From Promethearchaeota archaeon (lineage in GTDB: Archaea; Asgardarchaeota; Lokiarchaeia; Sigyniarchaeales; SOKP01): 46,471 nt of DNA. The stretch covers positions 1 to 46,471 of the forward strand of contig JBHLNF010000019.1 of NCBI GenBank assembly GCA_048937405.1, written 5' to 3'. Both the position numbers and the translations under genes were made by a program. This document shows, in pieces, positions 9,677 through 19,545 of the stretch (position 1 is the first letter of the stretch; every line of letters begins with the position of its first letter). The notes under the pieces are model-generated. The model was not told the DNA's origin. It worked only from the letters and a program-made list of their open reading frames with translations, and made no database searches.

Positions 9677-11317
9677 ATGCAAGATAAGTTTTTATGTGAT
9701 ACATCGATAATCTTTAATGGACAAATCCTTAATTTAATAGAAGATGGAGAGTTGGGAGAAAAACCAGAAATTATCATATGCAATATCGTAATTGCTGAAG
9801 TTGAATATCGAACTAATGTTCAAAAAGAAATTGGTTTTTTTGGATTAAATGTATTGAAAGAACTGCGCAATCTTCATAATGAAAGAAAAATTGATTTATT
9901 GATCGTAGGAAGACGACCAACGAGAGAAGAAATAAAACTCGCTCAAGGCGGTGAGTTGGATGCATTAATTAGAGAGGAATCTCGCAAAAATAATGCGATT
10001 TTAATAACAGCAGATAGAATACAAGGAGACGTTGGAGTATTTGAGGGATTAGAAGTATTATTTGCTTGGGAAAAAAGAACAGTGAAAGAAGAGGAAATGC
10101 TTTCTCTTAAATTGTTTGAATATTTTGATGATGAAACAATGAGTGTTCATCTTAAGCGAAATAATCCTCCTTATGCTAAAAAAGGAGCTCCGGGAAATTG
10201 GAAATTACATAAAATTAGAGAAGACATAATTTCAAATGAATTGATAGAAGATATCGCAATGGAAATTGTTGAAGTTACAAGAGAAGATAAAAATTCTTTT
10301 ATTGAAATTGAAAAAGAGGGTGCTGTAGTTGCTCAAATGAGAGAGTTTCGAATCGTTATAACACGCCCTCCTTTCTCTAGTGACGTAGAAATCACTGCTG
10401 TTCGACCACTAGTTAGTTTAACTTTAGATGATTACTCTATTGATAAACGGTTAAGAAAAAGACTTGAAAAAGCGGAAGGAATATTAGTATCTGGTTCTCC
10501 AGGTGCAGGTAAATCAACATTTTCTGCCGCATTAGCTAATTTCTATTTAGAACACGATAAGGTTGTTAAAACACTTGAAAGTGTGAGAGACTTACAAGTT
10601 AGACCCGAAATCACTCAATATACAAAACTTGAGGGCAATATTGAAAATTCGGCTGATATTCTTTTGCTCGTAAGACCAGACTTCACCATTTTTGACGAAG
10701 TAAGAACAACAAGAGATTTCGAAGTTTATGCTGATTTTCGATTATCTGGTGTGGGAATGGTTGGTGTTGTGCATTCATCATCTGCTATTGATGCCATTCA
10801 AAGATTTATTGGACGAATTGAGCTTGGAATGCTCCCATCAATCATTGACACAATAATTTTTATTCAAGGTGGAGATATTTCGACCGTTTTAATATTAAGA
10901 ATGACTGTTAAGGTACCTCATGGTTTTAGAGATAAGGATTTAGCTAGACCTGTTGTAGAAGTTAGAGATTTTGAAAGTGATCGTTTAGAATTCGAGATTT
11001 ATAACTTTGGAAATGATGTTGTGGTGAATCCTATCAGTTCTAAATATCCTTCAAGGGGAAAAGGGGTACATTCTAGTGGAATGAAAAAGGAAAAAAAAAT
11101 TCATTTGGATATTGAGGTAAAAAAACAAAAAATCATAATTAAAGCTAATCCTAAATATGCAAGTCAAAATATTGAAATTTTTGCAGATAATGATCTGATT
11201 TTTACAGGATCATTAAGCCGTAATAGTGATATTTCTCTTTCATTATCAAATAAAGAAGCAAAAAAGTTATTAATGAAATTAAATGATAATAGAGAAATTT
11301 ATGCTAAAGTTAAATAA
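9677..11317 (+). CDS. PINA-type PIN domain / PilT-VirB11-like ATPase (MJ1533/COG1855 family)
   Basis: N-terminal PIN (CDTS, GGELDALIR, ITAD), Walker A GSPGAGKST, RPDFTIFDEVR, GVGMVGVVHS, AIQRFIGRIELG. Confidence 0.92.
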   Translation: MQDKFLCDTSIIFNGQILNLIEDGELGEKPEIIICNIVIAEVEYRTNVQKEIGFFGLNVLKELRNLHNERKIDLLIVGRRPTREEIKLAQGGELDALIREESRKNNAILITADRIQGDVGVFEGLEVLFAWEKRTVKEEEMLSLKLFEYFDDETMSVHLKRNNPPYAKKGAPGNWKLHKIREDIISNELIEDIAMEIVEVTREDKNSFIEIEKEGAVVAQMREFRIVITRPPFSSDVEITAVRPLVSLTLDDYSIDKRLRKRLEKAEGILVSGSPGAGKSTFSAALANFYLEHDKVVKTLESVRDLQVRPEITQYTKLEGNIENSADILLLVRPDFTIFDEVRTTRDFEVYADFRLSGVGMVGVVHSSSAIDAIQRFIGRIELGMLPSIIDTIIFIQGGDISTVLILRMTVKVPHGFRDKDLARPVVEVRDFESDRLEFEIYNFGNDVVVNPISSKYPSRGKGVHSSGMKKEKKIHLDIEVKKQKIIIKANPKYASQNIEIFADNDLIFTGSLSRNSDISLSLSNKEAKKLLMKLNDNREIYAKVK

Positions 11318-11335
11318 CTATACCTAAAGATTTTA

Positions 11336-12088
11336 CTAACTCGTTAGAATTTTCTTTACTTTTTCCATAATTGGAGGTAGAACATCTTCAATTAAATTAT
11401 CAAATTTTATATCCGCTACATAATCATAAGGTGTGTCACCTTTATTCAAAATGATTAATTTTGCACCATTTTGTTTTGCAATCCCTGGCATATTTGCAGC
11501 AGGAGTAACTACTAAGGATGACCCTATTACAAAAAAAGTATCCGCTTTTTGAGATCGTTTTATAGATTCTTCAAGTTCATCATAAGGTAAGGGATCTCCG
11601 AAATTTACTATACTTGATATTAATCTTCCCCCACAATGAGGACATGAAGGTTGTCCCTCTTGAACTGGTAGTGTTCTATATCCTTTACCCCATTTTTCTT
11701 TATCCCAACCTGCCTCTTCGAATAACATCTTATTATTACATGACAAACACTTCATAAAGTATAAATTGCCGTGGAGTTCACTGAGCATATCAAAAGGGAT
11801 TCCAGATTTAGCATGAAGACCATCCACATTTTGCGATATTAAATAATTTAGCTTTCCCATTTCCATTAACTCCACAATTAGATAATGGTTAGGATTAGGT
11901 TTGACTTGATCCCAAGGAGGGCTTTTTGGAGGAGGAAGTCCTTTATCTCGTCTAGTCCAAACACCATCTGGACCCCTATAATCAGGTAATCCACTAGCTG
12001 TTGAACATCCAGCACCTGTAAAAACAACTAACCTTTCTGACTCAGCTATCCATTGAGCGGCTAAATCAATTTTTTCTTCAAAATCCAT
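11336..12088 (-). CDS. NAD-dependent protein deacylase, sirtuin (class IV, SIRT6/7-like)
   Basis: Motifs [29 protein letters not shown], ELHGN, CxxC...CxxC, [10 protein letters not shown]. I moved the start to the Met at 12088 (MDFEEK) because the upstream 24 codons are low-complexity. Confidence 0.92.
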   Translation of the reverse strand: [250 protein letters not shown]

Positions 12089-12410
12089 AAAAAACATTAA
12101 AAAAAAACAATTTAAAAAGATTTTTATAATATATTTTAAATCAGTTATTATCCGATCCACATATCAAAAATAATTATTTTTACTTTTTTGCCCCATTTTA
12201 TAAAATTTTCTTGATTTTGAATTATTTCTATTTTCCAAACGAGAAAAATCAAGTATTTTATAAAACTATTTTTAGACACTTAATCAAGAACTATCATTTA
12301 CCATTAAATCTATCACCCAATATTAAAACTTAAATAGGCATATAGTATAATTAGGTTAAATATAATTTTTTTGATATTCAATTTATTTAACAGAGGTTAA
12401 GGATTAGATT

Positions 12411-12812
12411 ATGTTATCTCATGATTTAAATTTCAATTTAGAAGCTTTAAAGAACATAGAACAAGTGTATGAAAAAATAGAAACCACAATTGACGAAACT
12501 AAAATTATCAATGAAATTTCGAGATTTTTGAGTCAAAATGTAATACTTTCAGATTCTATTACAAGAATGATAATCTGGAATGCCATACGGGAATGGCAAA
12601 TTAAAAACAATAAAACTATAGCGCATATTAGAGAATTTGCAATTGGAAGAAGATTAAATGCTATTAAAGAGATATTTTTTATTGGTAATAAAATGTTGAA
12701 AAGCATGTTAAATCAACCAAAAAATAAAAGTGAGATATTTATTGATATTGCTTTTGAAAAAGCTTTCAAACTTTTCCTTAATCATCTATATAAAAATAAT
12801 ATTATTACATAA
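12411..12812 (+). CDS. hypothetical helical protein
   Basis: 133-aa ORF with ATG and upstream purine-rich GAGG/AGGA. No motif recognised. Confidence 0.7.
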   Translation: MLSHDLNFNLEALKNIEQVYEKIETTIDETKIINEISRFLSQNVILSDSITRMIIWNAIREWQIKNNKTIAHIREFAIGRRLNAIKEIFFIGNKMLKSMLNQPKNKSEIFIDIAFEKAFKLFLNHLYKNNIIT

Positions 12813-12826
12813 AGTTCTTACATAAT

Positions 12827-13564
12827 TCAAACTAATTTTTTAGACTTTAAAGATTTCAATAGAATATTGAGATTTTCTTCAAGATTATAATACTTTATCA
12901 TTTCAAAAGGTTCTTCAATATCATTCAAATTGGAAAGACTATGAGAATCACATCCAATTCCAATTGGGATATTATATTCTTTAAGTTTTTCAAAAAAACC
13001 AATATATTTAGGAGAATAAAATGAGGGATAACTAGAATTAAACTCAAAATATATTAAACATTCTTTAAGAAAATTCATTAAAGTATCAAGGTTTCCCGAG
13101 ACAAAATATGATGGATCAAAATGGGCGAGTCCTAATATTGGAAAATCATTTAAATTTGTTATTGATTTTTTCCAAAAATTGATAATTTTTTTCAAAAACG
13201 CAACTGCTTCATAATTCTGAAGATATTCAAATAGTAATAAATCAAATTTATCAATTTGAATGAATTTTTTAATGAATTGTTCAGAGCTTCCTAAATCTAT
13301 TTCAATTGCTTTAAAAAGTTTTAACTTTTTGTTCTGATTTATCAAATATCTTTGGCAACTCGATAATTCTTCTAAATAGTCTGAAATGGTATCATAATTA
13401 TTTAGCCGAGAAACCCAAGATTTCCATGAGTTTGTAAAGTGATCTGTTATTGCAATATAATCCAAATCTAGTTTTATTGCTCTTTTTATAATTTGATTAA
13501 TTGATTGCTTTCCATCAGAATAATTAGAATGAATATGGAGATTTATTTTTGGATAACGGAACAT
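12827..13564 (-). CDS. PHP-domain phosphoesterase (histidinol-phosphatase-like)
   Basis: Motifs HIHSNYSDG, ITDH, AHF, GCDSH. ATG at 13564 is preferred over the overlapping TTG at 13591. Confidence 0.85.
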   Translation of the reverse strand: MFRYPKINLHIHSNYSDGKQSINQIIKRAIKLDLDYIAITDHFTNSWKSWVSRLNNYDTISDYLEELSSCQRYLINQNKKLKLFKAIEIDLGSSEQFIKKFIQIDKFDLLLFEYLQNYEAVAFLKKIINFWKKSITNLNDFPILGLAHFDPSYFVSGNLDTLMNFLKECLIYFEFNSSYPSFYSPKYIGFFEKLKEYNIPIGIGCDSHSLSNLNDIEEPFEMIKYYNLEENLNILLKSLKSKKLV

Positions 13565-13580
13565 TGTTTCATTGGAGTTC

Positions 13581-15476
13581 TTAAAAACCAAGTGTTTTTG
13601 TTTCTCTATTTAAATATAGACTGAAAGACCCACTAATTAAAAGAATTAATGCGAGAAAAAGTAAAATAGTTATATATAAAAATTCACAAGTTTCTTTAGG
13701 TATAATTGTGCTTCCAAAAGTGATAGAGTCTATTGATAAAATATCTAATGGTAATAATGATATCAGAATAAAAATAAAAATTGAACCGATAATTTGAATA
13801 ACACCTATAGCATTATTAATGTAATATATCATTCTTACTTTACTCTTTTTCAGTTCAATAATCTGCCCGATTCCAATATTAATAGCAACTTCAGCTTTAT
13901 TAACTCTTTTTATAAAGAAATATATTACTTCTTTAAGTGGAATAATATCAAAAAAGATAGTCCCGAGAACAAAAATACAAAAAAATATCAATATTCGCAA
14001 TAAAACATAAGAAAAAAGAGAAGGAAATCCCTCTATTGTAGAATTTATAATACTTAGATTATTTATTACCCAAATAAAAATTCCAATTAGAATTATTGCA
14101 AAAAATTTTAAACCTGCTAATGTTAAGGTAATAGAATTACGATCAGCTATTGTTAATAAATAATAGGTAACTCCTATTAATAGAAAAATCAAACCAAGAA
14201 ATACGGCATTGATATTTCTTACACTTAGTACAAAAGCTAAAATTAAACAAGTAGATCCAATGATAACTGGTAAATAAGGAAAAAATGGTGCTTTAAAAGG
14301 ACGATCCAATTCTCTCCTTTTATATCTTAGACTTACAGCAGCAAAATTAACAAATGCTAAAGCAAAAAAATAAATAAATGTTGTAATATTCGCAGTAAAT
14401 TCAATATCTGCATAAATAATGGGTAAAATTGTAAATAAAATAGTTGTTGCTGTAGTAATTATAATTACTAAAGTAGGGACTTGTGTTTTTTTACTTACTT
14501 TTAAAAATTTTTTTGATATATAATTATCTCTTGCTAGGGCAAGCATCACAGCGGCTGCAGATCCTAATGCTGCATTCATTGCAATAAAAGTTGAAATAGC
14601 TGCAGCAATTCCCATTAATACATATCCAGGAACCCCTAATATATCATTCATTACTATTGCCAACAAAAGAGGAGAATCTTCCGATCCCTTCATTGAACCA
14701 ACATTAATTAGTACTACTATTGTCATGGCTAAATAAATAAGTAAGGTTATTAAAATAGCAAAAATATTTGTTTTAGGAATATTTTTTGAAGGATTTTTCA
14801 AATCTGCATTTAAATAAGCGAGGTTTGAAGTAATACTGGTAAAAAAAATAAATAAAGTTGAAAACCATGTAATAACAGAAAAAAATTTTATATTTGAGAA
14901 TAAAAAACTTGGATCATATCCATTTACATTACTCGCAGGAGCAATAAATAGTCCTGAAAAAATAAAAATTCCAAAGATTCCTAACAAGATGACTGTCAGT
15001 AAAATAAGCGTTCTTAATGCTACTTTATGAGTTCTAAACACTACAATAGCAGTAAAAAGAATAAGTGTAATTGTTATTAGTATAGATATAATTTGAACAT
15101 TCCCTAAGGGGAAAAAGGCTTCAAGTATATCAGAAAAGGCTTGAGCAGAAAATGAGAACGTTGCAATGTTTGCAATCCATAAAAAAAAGCCAATTATAAA
15201 AGCCAAGAATCCTCCCAGTGCTTCTTTGCTAAAATTATAAGCCCCACCTGAAATAGGCAAACTAGTAGATAATTCACTATAATTTAAAGCTGTAATAAAA
15301 ATTAGAATACCACCAAGAATAAGACTTATCAAAACTCCGGCTTCTGCTTCTTTAATTGCTGTTCCTAAAAGAATAAAAATTGATCCTCCAATACCACAAC
15401 CAATCCCATACACAACTCCAGTTAATAATCCAATATTCCGAGCTGGGAGAATTTTTTTTTCTTCTTTTTCAGTCAA
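13581..15476 (-). CDS. APC-superfamily amino acid permease with extra C-terminal membrane segments
   Basis: Motifs IGGSIFIL, YSELSTSLPISGGAY, LKNPSKNIPK, ALARD, RPFKAPFFP. About 16 hydrophobic segments. Confidence 0.88.
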   Translation of the reverse strand: MTEKEEKKILPARNIGLLTGVVYGIGCGIGGSIFILLGTAIKEAEAGVLISLILGGILIFITALNYSELSTSLPISGGAYNFSKEALGGFLAFIIGFFLWIANIATFSFSAQAFSDILEAFFPLGNVQIISILITITLILFTAIVVFRTHKVALRTLILLTVILLGIFGIFIFSGLFIAPASNVNGYDPSFLFSNIKFFSVITWFSTLFIFFTSITSNLAYLNADLKNPSKNIPKTNIFAILITLLIYLAMTIVVLINVGSMKGSEDSPLLLAIVMNDILGVPGYVLMGIAAAISTFIAMNAALGSAAAVMLALARDNYISKKFLKVSKKTQVPTLVIIITTATTILFTILPIIYADIEFTANITTFIYFFALAFVNFAAVSLRYKRRELDRPFKAPFFPYLPVIIGSTCLILAFVLSVRNINAVFLGLIFLLIGVTYYLLTIADRNSITLTLAGLKFFAIILIGIFIWVINNLSIINSTIEGFPSLFSYVLLRILIFFCIFVLGTIFFDIIPLKEVIYFFIKRVNKAEVAINIGIGQIIELKKSKVRMIYYINNAIGVIQIIGSIFIFILISLLPLDILSIDSITFGSTIIPKETCEFLYITILLFLALILLISGSFSLYLNRETKTLGF

Positions 15477-15539
15477 TTTTAGTGCACAATGGTTATTTCA
15501 TAATTCAAAATTGGAAATATAGATTAATAATTTGAAAGA

Positions 15540-16994
15540 TCAAGACTTTTCCAAATGAAAAATACCTGAAATAATTGATAAAATAGCTCCTATTAATAAA
15601 AATAAACCCATTATAAAATTTGTGACATTACCTAAATCAATAAAAGTATAAAATATCCCAACAGACCATATTATGAAAAAAATACCAATTCCAATTAATA
15701 TACCACCAAAAAATTTAGAAGCTCTATAAATCGCGGATAAAACTTCTAATCTATGAATTCGACTTTCTTTATCTCGAATTTCCTTTTCCTGATTTTCTAA
15801 TTCTATTTTGAGTTTTTGCAAAATCACTCTAGACTCATTGGTGCTATTTTCAATGGCTTCTTTTGCTTTATTTAATTTTTCATGATCAGCTTCAACATGT
15901 TTTAATTTTTCAGTTAATGCTTCTAATCTCTCTTCTCGTTCAATATATTCTGTATTCGAAGTTTCAATATCTTTTTTCAAATCATTGATTCTTTTCTCAT
16001 TTGCTTCAATTAAATTTTCTTTTGAAATAATTTGTTCTACTAAGGAATTTGCAGATTCGTTTAATTCTTGTATTCGAGATTCAATCTCAATCATTTGTTG
16101 TTGTTTATCTGATAACTGTAATTTATATTTTGAAAGAAGTTCTTCATAAGTTTCTCTCTGTTTTTCCATTTCAGGAAAACCTTCTTTGTATTCTTCAAGT
16201 CTTGATTCAATTTCTTTAATTCTTCTTTCCTTTTTCTCAATTTGTTCTGTTAAAAGATTTTTTTCCTCTTCTTTCGCTTCAATTTCTGAATTAGAATGTT
16301 CCAATTCAATTTTATTTTTACTAATACTCACTTTTAAAGTTTCATTTTCAGCTCTTTGACTTCTCAATTTTTTTTCTAATGCTTCTGATTCTTCTCTTTG
16401 TTTATCAACAATATCCTCTTTTTCTTGAATATCTTGATTAAGTTTTGAAATCTTTGTACGCAATTCATCTTGATTAGCTACTTTTTCTTTTATTGAATCA
16501 GTAAGTACAATTAAGTCTACCTGTCTTGTTTCATAAGTTTTTACTAATTGTTCATTGTTTTTTAAAAGCTCCATGTATTCTTCTTCTAAATTTTCTTTAC
16601 TAGATCTGGTTATACCTAATCTATCTTCTAAGTTAGTCATTTCTTCGTTCTTTCGATTATACTTTTCCTCAAGTTGAGAAATAGTATCCTCAATTGCTGC
16701 GAGATATTCTTCTTTGTCTTCTATTTTTTTTAATATAGTATCAAGCTTTTCTTGAGCTTCTTTTGTTTCTTCGTTAATTTTTTCTTTTACTTTTTTACTT
16801 ACCTCTTTTTCTTCGGCTATCTCACCATTTGTTATGGTTTCTGATATATCTTCGATACTTGTTTCAAATTTTCTTAATGTTTTATCAATCATATCTCTTG
16901 AGTTTTTTGCTTTAGATAAGAATTCCTTATCTACTCTATCAGTTTCCTTTTCCGACTTGCTTTCCTTTTCTTCTCCTTTAAATTCGTTTGTCAT
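15540..16994 (-). CDS. long coiled-coil protein with C-terminal two-helix membrane anchor
   Basis: About 420 aa of E/K/L heptad-rich sequence followed by two hydrophobic helices (FFGGILIGIGIFFIIWSVGIF; FIMGLFLLIGAILSIISGIF). Confidence 0.85.
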   Translation of the reverse strand: MTNEFKGEEKESKSEKETDRVDKEFLSKAKNSRDMIDKTLRKFETSIEDISETITNGEIAEEKEVSKKVKEKINEETKEAQEKLDTILKKIEDKEEYLAAIEDTISQLEEKYNRKNEEMTNLEDRLGITRSSKENLEEEYMELLKNNEQLVKTYETRQVDLIVLTDSIKEKVANQDELRTKISKLNQDIQEKEDIVDKQREESEALEKKLRSQRAENETLKVSISKNKIELEHSNSEIEAKEEEKNLLTEQIEKKERRIKEIESRLEEYKEGFPEMEKQRETYEELLSKYKLQLSDKQQQMIEIESRIQELNESANSLVEQIISKENLIEANEKRINDLKKDIETSNTEYIEREERLEALTEKLKHVEADHEKLNKAKEAIENSTNESRVILQKLKIELENQEKEIRDKESRIHRLEVLSAIYRASKFFGGILIGIGIFFIIWSVGIFYTFIDLGNVTNFIMGLFLLIGAILSIISGIFHLEKS

Positions 16995-17531
16995 TTTATT
17001 GGATTTATCATTATAAGATTATGATAGTTTATACCTCATATAGAATTAGAATATGAAAATTTAATTATTTTTTGCAATTTTTTATTTTATTGCAAAATTT
17101 ATTTTGTTCAAATAGATGTCGATATAAATAGAACATTATTTTGCTCATCATATTTGATTCTTAAGAAATAGAGAGAGTTCAGATATTTAAATGTTGATTT
17201 TTTCTTGTTTTTATTTGAGGTATAGAATCAAATAAATGAATAACTTTATATATGAAAATGTTTTCAGCGCTCATTTGAAATTATTTAAAAAATATTTTGG
17301 TCAAAAATGCGATTTGTATGTCTTTTGATTCGATTGAAAGATTTAGATAAAACTTTTTCAATGATTTTGATTTGCGTTTGAACATATCCATTATCCCCTT
17401 AAAATTCCAATTTATTTCATAGGTTTTGCTAATTTATTTCTTTTTTCATCATAATATAATAAATAATTTTTCCCTAATACTTTTTCAAGGCGAGAATTTT
17501 TGAATTAAATTCGCAGAACTTATAAACATTT

Positions 17532-18497
17532 TTATTTTTTTGTATTTTTCATAAAATTAATTACATCTTCATAAGAAGTATCGGGCATTGGACCAATAGT
17601 TTCCACCTTTAATGCACCTACAGCATTGGCAAATAATGCAGTTTTCTTTAAATCCCAACCTAATAAGTAACCTACTATAAAAGCCCCCGCAAATGAATCT
17701 CCTGCTCCAGTAGGATCTCTTTCATTAACTTTAAAACTATTTACGTTCAATCCTTCTTGGTTATCTTTAGTAAAAACAATACATCCATCTTTTCCTTGTT
17801 TTAAGACAATGATTCTAGGTCCAATTTCAAGTAATTTTTGACAAGCTATTTTATTTTCTTTAATTCCTGTTAATAACTCAGCCTCTTCTCCACTTGGAAA
17901 TAAAATATGTGTATTTTCCAAAATTGGTCTACTTATTTTTAGTATTTTTTCTAAACTGAGCATTTCAAGTCTAATATTTGGATCAAATGATATTACAATA
18001 TCTGAATGTAATTTTTTCGCGTAATTAACAGCTTTATAACATGCTTCACGAGATGATTTACTGATATAAAGGGCACTACCTGTAATATGCAGATTTTTTA
18101 TATTATTTAAATAATCCTTCTTAATATCTTTGGATGATATTTCTCCAGCTGCACCTTTAGCAAAGATAAATTTGCGAGAACCATCTGAATTATATTGATT
18201 GAATGCAATTCCCGTAGTAATGCCATTCGAAACTCTAATTTGGGATATATCTACATTATCCTTTTGCAATTTTTGAATAACACATTCTCCAAATTCATCA
18301 TCTCCAATTACTCCAATAAATCCTGTTGTAAGTTGAAAAATTGATCCCATTCGTGCTGCTGTATCAATATAATTAGCTGGTGCCCCACTAGGATATGGTC
18401 CTCTATAAATTTCTCCAACTGTTTCATGTGGAATATCTTTTTTTATACGAATTATCTCAACTAATAATTCTCCTAAAGAAATAATATCAGGACACAT
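17532..18497 (-). CDS. PfkB/ribokinase-family sugar kinase
   Basis: Motifs LGELLVE, SGAPAN, GVIGDDEFG, SFDPNIR, DPTGAGDSFAGAF, ANAVGA. Confidence 0.93.
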   Translation of the reverse strand: MCPDIISLGELLVEIIRIKKDIPHETVGEIYRGPYPSGAPANYIDTAARMGSIFQLTTGFIGVIGDDEFGECVIQKLQKDNVDISQIRVSNGITTGIAFNQYNSDGSRKFIFAKGAAGEISSKDIKKDYLNNIKNLHITGSALYISKSSREACYKAVNYAKKLHSDIVISFDPNIRLEMLSLEKILKISRPILENTHILFPSGEEAELLTGIKENKIACQKLLEIGPRIIVLKQGKDGCIVFTKDNQEGLNVNSFKVNERDPTGAGDSFAGAFIVGYLLGWDLKKTALFANAVGALKVETIGPMPDTSYEDVINFMKNTKK

Positions 18498-18609
18498 TTT
18501 TGAAAATAAGTTATGTTATATATGATTATTTTATTCTAATTAAATGATTAAAAAAGAGTTTCTTGATATTCAAAAATAATTATTATTATTTAAATAATAA
18601 AATGGAGAG

Positions 18610-19482
18610 TTATTTTATGAATTTCTTTTTATATGATTCAATAGTACTTGAAATCTCACTTAAATGAAGTTTTAATTCTTTAGGGTGCATTTCTTTTAGT
18701 TTATCTACATCATTAATGATTTCTTTCATCTCTTCAATCCATAAATTCATAAGAATTTCCTTTTCTTTATTTTTGCAAGCTAATTTTATCTCATCATTAA
18801 TCCAATCCTTCGCACTCTCATATATCTGATTTTTAAGGACATCAACCGCTATTTTGACTAAATCTTGTTGACTTTTAAGATTTTCAATCACTGGTATAAT
18901 TTCATTCCTGAATTCTGTAATTTTTTTATCAGTAGTTATTATCAAATCTTTAAGCCCATCTTCTTTCGCATTAATATCATTTTTCATTGTTTTCAAATTG
19001 ACTGAATTTTCTCCTTTATTTTTCTTTATAAGATTATTAATAGATTTTATATCATTTTTGAGTCCATTTACATATACATTTAACTGTTGATCGATGGTTT
19101 TTATTTTTTTTTCAATTTCAGAGTTGAGTAATTTATGATTACCATCAATTCTTTGTTCAAGAGTTCCAAATTTTTCATTAAATTCCTTTTTAAATAAATT
19201 CTCTAGGTCTTCTATTTTTTTTTCAAAAATTTTTCCTTGATCTTCTATATTTTGGTTTAAAAGAGTATATTCATCCTTCAATTTTTGTTCTAGTTTGCTT
19301 ATTCTTTCAGTTGATTCTTTTTTAAAATTATCAACCTGAGTTACTAATTTCTTTTCAAGATTACTAATATTGTCACTTGTCTTTTGTTCAGATTTTTTTA
19401 ATAAATCATTAAATTTTTGATTAAACTTATTAAATTGATCCTTTAATTTTTGGAATTCCTTAACAGACACTTCTTCAGGCAT
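18610..19482 (-). CDS. soluble coiled-coil hypothetical protein
   Basis: 290 aa, K/E/L heptad pattern throughout. Lies directly downstream of the small GTPase on the same strand. Confidence 0.8.
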   Translation of the reverse strand: MPEEVSVKEFQKLKDQFNKFNQKFNDLLKKSEQKTSDNISNLEKKLVTQVDNFKKESTERISKLEQKLKDEYTLLNQNIEDQGKIFEKKIEDLENLFKKEFNEKFGTLEQRIDGNHKLLNSEIEKKIKTIDQQLNVYVNGLKNDIKSINNLIKKNKGENSVNLKTMKNDINAKEDGLKDLIITTDKKITEFRNEIIPVIENLKSQQDLVKIAVDVLKNQIYESAKDWINDEIKLACKNKEKEILMNLWIEEMKEIINDVDKLKEMHPKELKLHLSEISSTIESYKKKFIK

Positions 19483-19545
19483 ATTGCATTCCTTATTTTT
19501 GTTTATTACTTTTTTAATTACATACTAACCTTTACCCAAAGAGTC

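Noticed and set aside
17000-17530. 540-bp intergenic gap with a TTTTGCAAT-N10-ATTGCAAAA inverted repeat and ~36-codon minus-strand ORFs
   Set aside because: The AT-rich repeat can arise by chance at this composition, and the ORFs are too short and motif-free. No GC-rich structured RNA is evident.
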